From assembly GCA_937997485.1 (NCBI GenBank), contig CALKTH010000059.1, forward strand, positions 37,569 to 101,568: a DNA stretch of 64,000 nt, in the 5' to 3' direction. Under the pieces are notes generated by a model. It saw only the letters and a list, made by a program, of their open reading frames with translations. It had not been told where the DNA came from and made no database searches. This DNA comes from an uncultured Acidimicrobiales bacterium. GTDB lineage: Bacteria > Actinomycetota > Acidimicrobiia > Acidimicrobiales > SZUA-35. Made by a program: the position numbers and the translations under genes. Of this stretch, positions 26,089-35,629 are shown one piece after another (the stretch's first letter is position 1; every line of letters starts with the position of its first letter).

Positions 26089-26954
26089 GCAGGGAACACG
26101 CATCCACCGCCCGACGGACCTTCGTCAGCTACATCGACAAGTCCCGTGAGTTCTACGCAGCCCACGGGTACGACAAGCCCTACCAATGGGCCACACACGA
26201 CGACGTGCCCTTCGCCCCGCTTTCCAGCGGGGCGTTGGCCGCGCTACGGGTCGGGGTGGTCACCACCACCTTTCCCGTGGGGGCGCCGATGCCGAAGCAG
26301 GTGATGGCAATCCCCACCTCACCAACGCCCGAGGCGATGTTCACTGCCGATCTGTCTTGGGACAAGGACGCCACCCACACCAACGATGTCGGGTCGTTCC
26401 TTCCGCTGAACGCCCTGCATGCCGCAGTCGAGCGCGGCACGATCGGGTCGGTGGCTCCTCGCACGTTCTGCGTACCCACCCAATACAGCCAACGCCAGAC
26501 TCGAGAGGATGCCGTTGCGATCGAATCCTGGTGTCGTGAGGACGACGTCGACGTGGTCGTTCTCGTTCCTCTTTGACCCGTCTGCCATCTGACGACCAGT
26601 TTGGTCGCTCGTCACCTCGAGGCCGCAGGGATCCCCACCGTGATCATCGGCAGCGCCCGCGACATCGTCGAGGAGTGCGGGGTTCCACGCCTCCTGTTCG
26701 TGGACTTCCCACTCGGCAATCCATGCGGGGAGCCCGGCAACGTCGAGATGCAAGCCGAACTTCTCGATCAGGCGCTCACACTGCTCTCGACTGCGGTTCT
26801 CCCACGAACCACAACGCAGTCACCGTTCCGATGGTCGGGTGGCGACGACTGGCGGGAGATGTACATGAGGGTCGATGACTCGAATCGGGAGGCGCTGCTC
26901 ACGGCTGGCCGAGAGCGCCGAGCGGCACAGGCGGCCAAGCGAGCGAACGGCTGA
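26085..26954 (+). CDS. Glycine/sarcosine/betaine/proline reductase component B (GRDB) family protein with in-frame TGA (26574..26576) at the family's Sec position; candidate selenoprotein (UPVC)
   Basis: The tail of track ORF 24921..26576 and ORF 26601..26954 share a frame with only this TGA between them. Read-through gives ...GTIGSVAPRTFCVPTQ...DDVDVVVLVPL-U-PVCHLTTSLVARHLEAAGIPTVIIGSARDIV...FPLGNPCGEPGN.... This matches the GrdB/PrdB pattern (U-x-x-C, then E-x-x-GIP-x-V, then P-L-G-N-P). A GTG start at 26085 overlaps the upstream stop (GTGA). Confidence 0.7.
26590..26611 (+). promoter_or_regulatory. SECIS-like hairpin downstream of the GrdB-like TGA
   Basis: UGACGACC aguuu GGUCG(c)UCG forms an 8-bp stem with a one-nt bulge and an AGUUU loop. 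The 13-mer CCAGTTTGGTCGC lies at 26596..26608, which is +20..+32 after the TGA. Confidence 0.55.
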
Positions 26955-27016
26955 GGTCGAAGATCCAGGGCTAGACGACCTATTCCGATCTAGCCAAATC
27001 CTGCCGATATGGAAAC

Positions 27017-29305
27017 ATGGCGACATCGTTCCAGACGTGGCAGCGCGCACTCGACGCGCAGCTTGCGAGCGGACCCGACGATGACCCCGACGGTGTTGTC
27101 GCGCTCGTTGATGGCGACTTCGTCCTGCAGGCTGTCTCGGATCAAGCGCCAGCGATCTTCGGCCTCGACGCCGACGATGTCATCGGCGCCAGCGCGCTCG
27201 AGCTGATTCACCCCGCCGACCTCGAGCGAGCGCTGATGGCGTTTGGCGAAGTCACCACCCGCGCCGGTCTTCGACCTCCCGACGTCTACCGAATTCGGCA
27301 AGGCGACGGCAGCTACATCGCCTTCGACGTCAGCGGCGAGTCCCTGGTCGATCCAAGCGAATTGATCGAGCCCGGCACCACGGACGAAGGCAGCGTGCGA
27401 CAGGCGGTCGTGTTCCGTCTCTCAGGGCTCACGGAGCGGCGACGAGCGGAGATGCTCGCGGTCGAGCAAGTCGAGATCCTGGAGCGGCTGGCCGCCGGTC
27501 AGAGCCCGGCTGAGTCGCTGCTGGATCTTGCGAACATGAGTGACCGCAACATCGATGGATCGATTTGTGTGATCTACGGCATCAACGATGCCGGTCAGCT
27601 CGTACCCCGGACGGCGAGCGCACTGCCGTCATCGATCCTCCATCGTGCTCACGCTGAGGATGCCCACGACCCACCAGACAGTCTTGGTGAGGCTTTGGAC
27701 CGCCGCCTGAGCGTGATCGAGATGGACATCAACACAGCCACGGGGCCTTCCCACTGGGAGAGCGTTCGGCCGTGCCTGAACGAACTTCGTATTGCGAGCT
27801 GCATCACGACACCGGCGTTCCGCAGCGACGGAACGCTCGTCGGATTCCTTGAGGTGTTTCGCTCCTCCGACCGCCGTCCTTCCAACGCAGAGATGTCGGT
27901 GCACACGCTCATCGGGCGCCTGATGGGCTTGATCGCAGACCGCCACGCCTTTGAGCGGGACCTCTCTCATGCCGCCCTCAGCGACCCGTTGACGGGGTTG
28001 GGGAATCGACGCCGTATGCACCTCGAACTCGAGGAACTGACGGCCTCTGGTACGCCGTTCGGTCTGCTCGGCATTGACGTCGATCAGTTCTCGTGGATCA
28101 ACAACAACCTGGGTCATGCCGCTGGCGACGAGCTCCTCATCGAGGTTGGGCGCCGAATCCTCTCCGGTGCTGTCTCGACCAACATCACCGCGTCGGTGTT
28201 CCGTAACGGCGGAGACGAGTTCGTTGTGGTCCTGCCAGGCGAACGCCGAAGCGAAGCGCTCCTCGAGACGGCTCAGGCGATTCTCCAGCACATGGAGCCG
28301 GCTGTCGCCGTGGCAGCAACAGAGCGGCGAGTGAATCTCTCCATCGGCGTTGCCCGCTCGGACGAGGACGCTGATCCAGCGAGGGTCTTGGCTCGCGCCG
28401 ACGCCGCAATGTACGCCACGAAGCGAGACGGCGGTGCGGGCGTTCGCTTGTTCTCCGAGCCAATCGGCAGAGAGATGATGCGTCGTATGTCGCTGGCCGA
28501 CGAGCTCAGCGCAGCAGTCGAGAACAACGAACTGCGACTCGTCTTTCAACCGATCTTTGATCTCCATACCCAGAAGATCACCGGCGTCGAGTCACTCGTC
28601 CGGTGGGAGCACCCTCGCCTCGGTCTGCTCGGGCCCGGTGAGTTCATCCCCATCGCCGAGGAATCGAACGCCATTCTCGACATCGATCATTGGGTGTTGC
28701 GCAACGCCCATCGTCAACTTGAACGCTGGGCAAACCGCCAGGAGGCGGATCGCGACTTCGAGGTGTGGGTCAACCTCTCCGCCCGTTCCTTCGTTCGCAC
28801 GGACCTCCCGGGAATCATCGACTCGTTCCCTTCGCTTCCCCGTACCAAACGCTTGGGGCTGGAACTCACCGAGCGAGACGAGATCGAAGACATCGACGCC
28901 GCTCGTGCTGCCTTCGCCGAGCTCCGAAGAACCGATGTTGGCCTGGCCATCGACGACTTCGGCACGGGACGAGCAAGTCTCGCGGTCCTGGCCGAACTCG
29001 ACGTGACCGCCGTGAAGATCGACCGCACGTTCGTGAGCAAGGTTCTCACCAACGAGCGCTACCGAAGCTTGACCGAAATGATCGTGCGGTTGGCCTCGGA
29101 CTTTGGCCTTTCCGTCACCGCCGAGGGCATCGAGGACGAAGAAACCATCGCCCATCTCCGGGCACTGGGCTGCGGGCGGGGACAGGGATTTCTCCTGTCG
29201 CGACCGATGGTGCCTGCCGACTTTGACAAGCGCTTTGGCCCCGATCTCGGTCGCGTGTGGACCTCGGGTCCCTCGGCTGGATTCAGCGGCGGGCGAAACG
29301 GCTGA
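27017..29305 (+). CDS. PAS/GAF-like sensor - GGDEF - EAL protein (motifs intact)
   Basis: RNGGDEFVVVL, ESLVRW, LAIDDFGTGRAS and VTAEGIE motifs are present. Confidence 0.9.
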   Translation: MATSFQTWQRALDAQLASGPDDDPDGVVALVDGDFVLQAVSDQAPAIFGLDADDVIGASALELIHPADLERALMAFGEVTTRAGLRPPDVYRIRQGDGSYIAFDVSGESLVDPSELIEPGTTDEGSVRQAVVFRLSGLTERRRAEMLAVEQVEILERLAAGQSPAESLLDLANMSDRNIDGSICVIYGINDAGQLVPRTASALPSSILHRAHAEDAHDPPDSLGEALDRRLSVIEMDINTATGPSHWESVRPCLNELRIASCITTPAFRSDGTLVGFLEVFRSSDRRPSNAEMSVHTLIGRLMGLIADRHAFERDLSHAALSDPLTGLGNRRRMHLELEELTASGTPFGLLGIDVDQFSWINNNLGHAAGDELLIEVGRRILSGAVSTNITASVFRNGGDEFVVVLPGERRSEALLETAQAILQHMEPAVAVAATERRVNLSIGVARSDEDADPARVLARADAAMYATKRDGGAGVRLFSEPIGREMMRRMSLADELSAAVENNELRLVFQPIFDLHTQKITGVESLVRWEHPRLGLLGPGEFIPIAEESNAILDIDHWVLRNAHRQLERWANRQEADRDFEVWVNLSARSFVRTDLPGIIDSFPSLPRTKRLGLELTERDEIEDIDAARAAFAELRRTDVGLAIDDFGTGRASLAVLAELDVTAVKIDRTFVSKVLTNERYRSLTEMIVRLASDFGLSVTAEGIEDEETIAHLRALGCGRGQGFLLSRPMVPADFDKRFGPDLGRVWTSGPSAGFSGGRNG

Positions 29306-30494
29306 CGACTTCGATGTGCGATGTTGATCCGAAGAGGTCCACCGTGCGAACCCAGTCGAGCGAATAGCCCGCATCGACCAGCAGACGGGCGTCTCGGCCA
29401 AACGAGCCTGGATCGCAACTGACCAGGGCGATGCTCGACGGCTCGGCGGCGACCAGGACCGCGGCGGCCTCGGCTCCCAGTCCTGCGCGAGCGGGATCAG
29501 CCACAGCCCGTGCGACTGGTTCCGGCTGCCATTGTTCGAACCGCTGGCAGTGAAGCTCTGCAGTATCGGGGAGGTTGACACGAGCATCCTCGCTCGAAGA
29601 CCGGGAGCTCTCCACCCCGATCACCCGCGCTCCTCGGGCCACGGTGGCACCGAACAATCCCACACCGCCGTAGGCATCCAGCAAGATCTCATCCGGACTC
29701 GGATCGAGCCCCTCGGGATGCAGCGCCCGATCCACGAGCTCGACCAGAAGGTCCGCCCCATCCGGTCGACACTGGAAGAACGATCCAGAGGAGATGCGAA
29801 ACCGGTGACCGGCAACCTCTTCGTGGAGGAAGAGCGGCGCATCCAGGCCGGCCACCAGAAGGTCCCTGGGCCCATCGCTCATTCGGGCCTTTGGCGAGTC
29901 GAGCACAACCATGCGCTCGCCCGTGCGAGATCCCACGCGAAAGGTGACCTCCTTGGCCCCCTCGAAGCGGCAGCTCGCCATGAGCTCGGCCACCGCGGGA
30001 TGGGCGGTGAGGCACGTCTCCGGAACGACCGCCTTGTGTTGTCGGCGGGCCCGGAATCCAGCCCGCCCTCGGTTTGCACCTCGCTGTTCGACCACTGCGC
30101 GAACCGTGGTTCGATAGCCGAAGGGCTCGAGGGGCGGCGCCGCTGCGAGGTCGATGGCGTCCACCGCTTCGAAACGTCCGATGCGTTCCAGCGCGTCTCG
30201 CACAATGCCGACGCGAAGGTCGCTCTGGGCGTCGGTGCGCAGGTGTTGCCAATCGCACCCGCCGCACCCCTCAGCAACGTGAGGACAGGGCGCGTGCACC
30301 CGCTGGGGAGAGGCGCTGAGGACCTCGACAACGGTGCCGTTCACGAAGCGCTTTTTGGCTCGGTCGACCCGGACGCTCACACGGTCGCCCGGAGCGGTTC
30401 CTTCGACGAAGGCAACCCGCCCGTCCGGGTGAGCACCGATTCCCGCTCCCCCGGTTCCGAGCGAGGCAATGTTCGTTTCAAAGACTTCGCTCAT
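29283..30494 (-). CDS. Class I SAM-dependent RNA (uracil-5-)-methyltransferase, TrmA/RlmD-like with TRAM domain
   Basis: The N-terminus is TRAM-like (GTGGAGIGAHPDGRVAFVEG). A Cys cluster is present and the C-terminus shows the MTase fold (LLDAYGGVGLFG...VSCDPGSFGRD). I placed the start at the ATG at 30494. Confidence 0.8.
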   Translation of the reverse strand: MSEVFETNIASLGTGGAGIGAHPDGRVAFVEGTAPGDRVSVRVDRAKKRFVNGTVVEVLSASPQRVHAPCPHVAEGCGGCDWQHLRTDAQSDLRVGIVRDALERIGRFEAVDAIDLAAAPPLEPFGYRTTVRAVVEQRGANRGRAGFRARRQHKAVVPETCLTAHPAVAELMASCRFEGAKEVTFRVGSRTGERMVVLDSPKARMSDGPRDLLVAGLDAPLFLHEEVAGHRFRISSGSFFQCRPDGADLLVELVDRALHPEGLDPSPDEILLDAYGGVGLFGATVARGARVIGVESSRSSSEDARVNLPDTAELHCQRFEQWQPEPVARAVADPARAGLGAEAAAVLVAAEPSSIALVSCDPGSFGRDARLLVDAGYSLDWVRTVDLFGSTSHIEVVSRFARR

Positions 30495-30535
30495 GTGCTT
30501 GCCTCTGGTCGTTCGTCCGGCCACCATTCCACGCC

Positions 30536-31255
30536 ATGAACCAGCCCGCACCCTCCGCCGCCGATTCGATGCCCGGCATCAAGATCATTCCGTCGGTGCT
30601 TCCTGCCGATTTCGCCCGCCTCGGTGATGAGTGCCAGGCGCTGGAGCTCGCTGGCGTGGATCGCATCCAGTGGGACGTGATGGATGGCCGGTTCGTGCCC
30701 AACCTGACGTTCGGGGCCGACGTCATTGCCGCATGCCGTTCGACCGTGTCGACGCCGTTTGAGGCGCATCTCATGATCGAGGATCCGGATCATCTGATTC
30801 CAGGTTTCGTGAACGCCGGATGCCAGCTGATCATCGTGCATGCCGAGGCGTGCCGACACCTGCACCGAACGCTTGCGTTGATCAAGGACCTGGGGGCTTC
30901 GGCCGCCGTTGCTCTCAACCCGCACACACCGCTGGACACCGTCGCTCACGTCCTCGACCAGCTCGACATGCTGCTGGTGATGACCGTCAACCCTGGATTC
31001 GGAGGCCAGCAGTACATCGCAACCATGGAACCCAAGATCAACGATGCCCGAGCCATGCTCGACGGCGCCGATCACTGGATTGATCTCGAGGTCGATGGCG
31101 GGATCAGTTCGTCGACAATCGGCGGAGCAGCAGGAGCAGGAGCCAATGTGCTGATCTCGGGATCGTGGATGTTCAAACATGCTGACGGCCTTGGGGCCGC
31201 CGTCACCGAGCTGCGACAGCTGGCAACCGAAGCCTGGACAACGCGCCTGGCCTGA
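30536..31255 (+). CDS. rpe: Ribulose-phosphate 3-epimerase
   Basis: IIPSVLPADFARLGDE...DRIQWDVMDGRFVPNLTFG...MTVNPGFGGQ. An alternative start is the ATG at 30569. Confidence 0.9.
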   Translation: MNQPAPSAADSMPGIKIIPSVLPADFARLGDECQALELAGVDRIQWDVMDGRFVPNLTFGADVIAACRSTVSTPFEAHLMIEDPDHLIPGFVNAGCQLIIVHAEACRHLHRTLALIKDLGASAAVALNPHTPLDTVAHVLDQLDMLLVMTVNPGFGGQQYIATMEPKINDARAMLDGADHWIDLEVDGGISSSTIGGAAGAGANVLISGSWMFKHADGLGAAVTELRQLATEAWTTRLA

Positions 31256-31300
31256 GCACCAGCCACCTCAACCCAGGAGCGGAGGAGCGTCTGGCTCGGA

Positions 31301-31894
31301 TCAGCCGAGTTCGCCAGCGCGGGAGATCACCTTGTCGAAGAGGCCGTACTCCTGGGCCTCCTGGGCGGTGAACCACTTGTCTCGATCGGAGTCGGCGATG
31401 ATGGTTTCGACATCTTGGCCGCTGTGCTCAGCGATGAGCTCAGCCATCTCGCGCTTGATGCGCACGAGGTTCTCTGCCTGGATGGCAATGTCGGACGCCT
31501 GGCCCTGCACACCAGCGCTCGGCTGGTGCATCAGGATGCGAGCGTGCGGCAGCGCATACCGCTTGCCCGCTGCTCCTGCAGTGAGCAGGAACTGGCCCAT
31601 GGAGGCGCCGAGGCCGAGGCAGACCGTGGCCACATCGGGCTTCACGAACTGCATCGTGTCGTAGATCGCCATACCCGCGGTGACCGAGCCACCGGGAGAA
31701 TTGATGTAGAGCCAGATGTCCTTGTCGGCGTCTTCGCCGGCGAGGTAGAGCATCTGGGCTGCGATCGAGTTTGCGATCGTGTCGTCGACCTGCTGGCCGA
31801 GAAAGACGATGCGGTTGCGAAGCAACTGCTGGTAGATGTCGAATCCGAAGCCGCCACCGGGGGCTTCGGCAACAGGCATGCCAGGAAGGGTCAT
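31301..31894 (-). CDS. clpP: ATP-dependent Clp protease proteolytic subunit
   Basis: [11 protein letters not shown]...[19 protein letters not shown]...[11 protein letters not shown]...MHQP. Confidence 0.95.
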   Translation of the reverse strand: MTLPGMPVAEAPGGGFGFDIYQQLLRNRIVFLGQQVDDTIANSIAAQMLYLAGEDADKDIWLYINSPGGSVTAGMAIYDTMQFVKPDVATVCLGLGASMGQFLLTAGAAGKRYALPHARILMHQPSAGVQGQASDIAIQAENLVRIKREMAELIAEHSGQDVETIIADSDRDKWFTAQEAQEYGLFDKVISRAGELG

Positions 31895-31980
31895 GGCGAG
31901 AGGCTATCGCTCCCGCGTTCTCGTTCGGTGACCGGGCGGAACCGTTCCGTCGACTGGCGCTTCTAACCTGTCCGAGTCAC

Positions 31981-32067
31981 GCGGACGTGGCGGAATTGGC
32001 AGACGCGCTGGGTTTAGGTCCCAGTGTTCGAAAGAACGTGAGGGTTCAAGTCCCTCCGTCCGCACCA
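31981..32067 (+). tRNA. tRNA-Leu (anticodon UAG), class II with long variable arm, CCA encoded
   Basis: Acceptor GCGGACG/CGTCCGC. Anticodon arm CTGGG-TTTAGGT-CCCAG. T arm GAGGG-TTCAAGT-CCCTC. Ends ACCA. Confidence 0.9.
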
Positions 32068-32088
32068 GCCGAACCTCGGAGGCCGGAC

Positions 32089-32694
32089 TCAGATGCCGGG
32101 CAGCGGATTTCGCTCGATCGCGGTTTGCAGCGCACTCATGGCTCGGGCCCGGTGGCTGATGTCGCCCTTTTCTTCCAGATCCATCTCGGAGAACGTTCGT
32201 CCATCGCCGTCGAATGGCTCGAACACGGGGTCGTAGCCGAAGCCGCGCTGGCCCCTTCGAGCTTCGGTGATGATGCCTTCGACCGAGCCTTCCGCCGTCA
32301 TGCCGGTGCCGTCGGGCCCCAACAGCGCCACGACCGTGCGGAAGGTGGCGCCCCGCCGTTCTTCCTCGACCCCATCGAGCTCACCGAGCAGCTTGTCGAC
32401 GTTGTCGTCGTAGGTCGCGTTCTCCCCCGCGTAGCGGGCCGTGAAGACGCCAGGTCGGCCGTCGAGCGCATCCACGAACAGGCCCGTGTCATCGGCCAGT
32501 GCAAGTTGCCCCGTGGCCGTCGCCACCTCGAATGCCTTCTTGATGGCGTTGTCTTCGAGGGTGTCTTCGTCTTCGATCGTTTCCGGAAGATCGACGGGAC
32601 GAGGCTGCACGTCGAACCGGTCGCCGAGCAACTCGACGAGCTCAGCGACTTTGTCGAGGTTTCCGGTGGCAAGCACCAGCGTCGGGCGGGCCAT
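32089..32694 (-). CDS. rdgB: RdgB/HAM1 non-canonical purine NTP pyrophosphatase
   Basis: LVLATGNLDKVAEL...DDTGLFVDALDGRPGVFTARYAG...RGQRGFGYDPVF. Confidence 0.9.
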   Translation of the reverse strand: MARPTLVLATGNLDKVAELVELLGDRFDVQPRPVDLPETIEDEDTLEDNAIKKAFEVATATGQLALADDTGLFVDALDGRPGVFTARYAGENATYDDNVDKLLGELDGVEEERRGATFRTVVALLGPDGTGMTAEGSVEGIITEARRGQRGFGYDPVFEPFDGDGRTFSEMDLEEKGDISHRARAMSALQTAIERNPLPGI

Positions 32695-32699
32695 GGCGG

Positions 32700-33416
32700 T
32701 CAGCCTCGTGCGGGGCGCTCTGCTGGCGGCGTGGCGACCGCAGCCATCTGGGCTGCGGTGATCTCAGCAATGCCGCCTGAGGCGAGGTCGAGCAGCTCAT
32801 TGAGCTGATCGCGCGAGAAGACCTTGCCCTCGGCGGTGCCCTGGACCTCGATCATCCCGCCTGAGCCCGTCATGACGACGTTCATGTCGACCTCGGCCGT
32901 GGAGTCTTCGATGTACGGAAGGTCGAGCCGGCACTCGTCGTCAATGATGCCCACACTGATCGCCGCACACGATTCGGTCAGCGGGTGCGTTTGCAGGCCG
33001 AGACGCGTGATGGCGTCGTGCAGTGCCACAAAGCCACCGCAGATGGATGCGGTACGGGTGCCGCCATCGGCCTGGAGCACATCGCAGTCCACCGTGATCG
33101 AGCGCTCACCCAGCAGCGTCATATCGCAGACGGCGCGCAGGCTTCGGCCGATGAGACGCTGGATCTCCTGATCGCGCCCGGAAGTGCGACGGCGGATGCG
33201 CTCGGGGCTCGATCCGGGGAGCATGTTGTACTCGGCGGTGACCCAGCCCTTGCCGGAGTTGCGCATCCAACGCGGGACGTCCTCATCGATGGAGGCGGTG
33301 CACAGCACGTGAGTCCGGCCGAACTTCACGAGGACAGAGCCGTCGGCCATATCGGTGAAGTCACGCTCGAACGAGAGCGGGCGAAGTTGGTTGTTTTCAC
33401 GTCCGTCAGGGCGCAT
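32700..33416 (-). CDS. rph: Ribonuclease PH
   Basis: [20 protein letters not shown]...[15 protein letters not shown]...[20 protein letters not shown] placed the start at the ATG at 33416. Confidence 0.95.
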   Translation of the reverse strand: MRPDGRENNQLRPLSFERDFTDMADGSVLVKFGRTHVLCTASIDEDVPRWMRNSGKGWVTAEYNMLPGSSPERIRRRTSGRDQEIQRLIGRSLRAVCDMTLLGERSITVDCDVLQADGGTRTASICGGFVALHDAITRLGLQTHPLTESCAAISVGIIDDECRLDLPYIEDSTAEVDMNVVMTGSGGMIEVQGTAEGKVFSRDQLNELLDLASGGIAEITAAQMAAVATPPAERPARG

Positions 33417-34248
33417 GCGGGTGTCTCCAGTGGTGAGCATCGACGAGTTCGGGTCCCAGGAGTCTGCTGCCCAACTGCGTGAATGCCGCAACATCGCCGG
33501 AGGAAATGAACTCCGTCGTTCGGTGCCCCCTACGACCACGTCCTGCATCGGGGTGCGCAAGGCCCTCCGCTTGCATGAGATCGGCAAGGGCGAACGCTGT
33601 TTCATCGGCCGAGGAAACGAGCAGCACGTCGGGTCCGAGCACCCCGCTGATCACGCGGGCCAGGTACGGATAGTGGGTGCAGCCGAGCAGCAACGCCTGC
33701 ACGTCCGCCTCGATGATTGGGGCCAGCATGCGCTCGGCGAGAATTTGGATCTCGGGGCCATCTGTCACGCCGCGTTCCACAAACTCGACGAAACCCGGAC
33801 ACGAGCGCACGATCGCCTCGACCGGCCGAGGCATGGCGGCAACGGCGGCTTGATACGAGCCGGAGGCGACGGTGCCCACCGTGCCGATGACGCCGATGCG
33901 TTGAGCGTCCGTTCCCTCGACCACGGCCCGAACTCCGGGGGCGATCACGCCGAGCACCGGGATCTTCAGACGATCGCGCAGGTCGTCGAGCGCCGCGGCG
34001 GTCGCCGTGTTGCACGCAACCACGAGCGCCTTCACGTCATGCGTCGTGACGAGGTACTCGGCGATTTCGAGCGAAAACTGTCGGACCTCGTTCGCTGGAC
34101 GCGGTCCATAGGGATAGCGACCCGTATCGCCCAAGTAGACGACGTCCTCATCCGGGAGCAGATCGAGCACGGCGCGGGCGACGGTGAGCCCGCCAAAACC
34201 ACTGTCGAACATGCCGATCGGCCGCTCATTTCGTTGTGGACTTCGCAT
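33406..34248 (-). CDS. murI: Glutamate racemase
   Basis: [17 protein letters not shown]...[13 protein letters not shown]...[12 protein letters not shown]...[10 protein letters not shown] placed the start at the ATG at 34248. Confidence 0.95.
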   Translation of the reverse strand: MRSPQRNERPIGMFDSGFGGLTVARAVLDLLPDEDVVYLGDTGRYPYGPRPANEVRQFSLEIAEYLVTTHDVKALVVACNTATAAALDDLRDRLKIPVLGVIAPGVRAVVEGTDAQRIGVIGTVGTVASGSYQAAVAAMPRPVEAIVRSCPGFVEFVERGVTDGPEIQILAERMLAPIIEADVQALLLGCTHYPYLARVISGVLGPDVLLVSSADETAFALADLMQAEGLAHPDAGRGRRGHRTTEFISSGDVAAFTQLGSRLLGPELVDAHHWRHPHAP

Positions 34249-34340
34249 CCTCGAGCGGCTCCTTCGTGGGTGAAATGTATCGGTCCGTTTGGGTACGTCT
34301 CCAGCTAAGGGCACGCATGAAATGAGTCGAAGTCAGATCT

Positions 34341-35420
34341 ATGGCACGGTTGGACCTGACAAACAACGACACAGCAGGCGGAGTGAGGGAAATGGCCGCG
34401 CAACAAGCCGCGAGAAATGCGGGTAGTAGACATACGAGAAATCACCGGTACAGCATCGTCACTGGTCAGGGTCGGTCAGGAACCAACTGGCTGCTCGACT
34501 TGCTCGACACCAGTCCGGACACCTTCTGTCGAAATGAACCGAACGCCATCCCCGGCTCGCCGTTCGAGGTCCTTGGCCCGCTCTGGCTGAACGACGTCAA
34601 CGCCGACATCTGGGAGCGCGAGTGGGATGGGGTCGCCGACGTCGCGACACTGTCGATGGGCGAGCGGGATCACCCCTTCGCTGTCCAAAAGAGCTTCACC
34701 CGACCGCTCGTGCAGCAGCTCAAGATCGCGGACCGCTATCACGGCCGCCGCTCTCTCGAATCGCTGCGCCGAGTGTTCCCGAGCCTGCGTCCGGGCCAGT
34801 TTCCGATGCCGAGCATCGTCGCCTCGTCGAACAGCCTCGCCAAAGCCCACGGCGTGCTGAAGATCAACCGAGCCAACGGCGTGCTTCGCTGGGTGCTCAA
34901 CAACCGACCGGACGTACCGGTGATCAACATCGTTCGACACCCGGCCGGGCGACACCTCAGCTACACCAAGCGTTTCCTCAGCCTGCACGATCACGATGAG
35001 GCGCTGGCCGAGTCCCGCAGCTGGCTTCACACGATTCGCGAGCATGATGATGTTTGGGGCGATCGCTTCGGAGACATCGAAGCCATGGACCATCTCGACG
35101 CGCACATGTGGATGTGGCGTTACGTGAACGAGTCACTCGACGACACTGGTCTCCCATCTCGCCAGTACCACCGCCTTGTCTACGAAGAACTCGGTGCTGA
35201 CCCCCTGGGACACGTTGAGTTGCTCTACAAGGCGCTCGATCTGCAGTGGGACGCCGACGCCCAGAAAGCAGCCAAGGACGCCGTCCAGCTGTCGAACTGG
35301 GGCAAGGTCGAGGACTTCCAAGCCGTCGCCGACGCGTGGAAGCGCAACCTGGATCGCGACGACGCGGACCGGATCATGAAGCACCTCGCCGCGAGCCCCA
35401 TGGCCAGCCTCTGGCGCTGA
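34341..35420 (+). CDS. Sulfotransferase-family protein
   Basis: A PAPS-binding P-loop-like motif IVTGQGRSGTNWLLDLL is present and the size fits. This is a weak family-level call. Confidence 0.55.
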   Translation: MARLDLTNNDTAGGVREMAAQQAARNAGSRHTRNHRYSIVTGQGRSGTNWLLDLLDTSPDTFCRNEPNAIPGSPFEVLGPLWLNDVNADIWEREWDGVADVATLSMGERDHPFAVQKSFTRPLVQQLKIADRYHGRRSLESLRRVFPSLRPGQFPMPSIVASSNSLAKAHGVLKINRANGVLRWVLNNRPDVPVINIVRHPAGRHLSYTKRFLSLHDHDEALAESRSWLHTIREHDDVWGDRFGDIEAMDHLDAHMWMWRYVNESLDDTGLPSRQYHRLVYEELGADPLGHVELLYKALDLQWDADAQKAAKDAVQLSNWGKVEDFQAVADAWKRNLDRDDADRIMKHLAASPMASLWR

Positions 35421-35566
35421 GCCTTTCGGGACCTTGATAGGTAGAGGTTCCCGATCGCTTGAGCCCGATCCACAACTCACGTACCTTCACTTTCAAGCGC
35501 TTCGCTCCAACGTTCTGGAGGGGTTCGGAGGACGAAGCCAAGTACGTGGGTGATGACACGTGATAC

Positions 35567-35608
35567 TCAGGAGCCAGGGCCGGAGGGGCCCTGGCTCCTG
35601 ATCGTTTT
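35567..35608 (+). terminator. Canonical rho-independent terminator
   Basis: TCAGGAGCCAGGGCC ggagg GGCCCTGGCTCCTGA is a 15-bp stem followed by TCGTTTTCGG. It lies 147 nt after the sulfotransferase stop. Confidence 0.75.
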
Positions 35609-35629
35609 CGGGCCCTGCGACCCAGTGCG

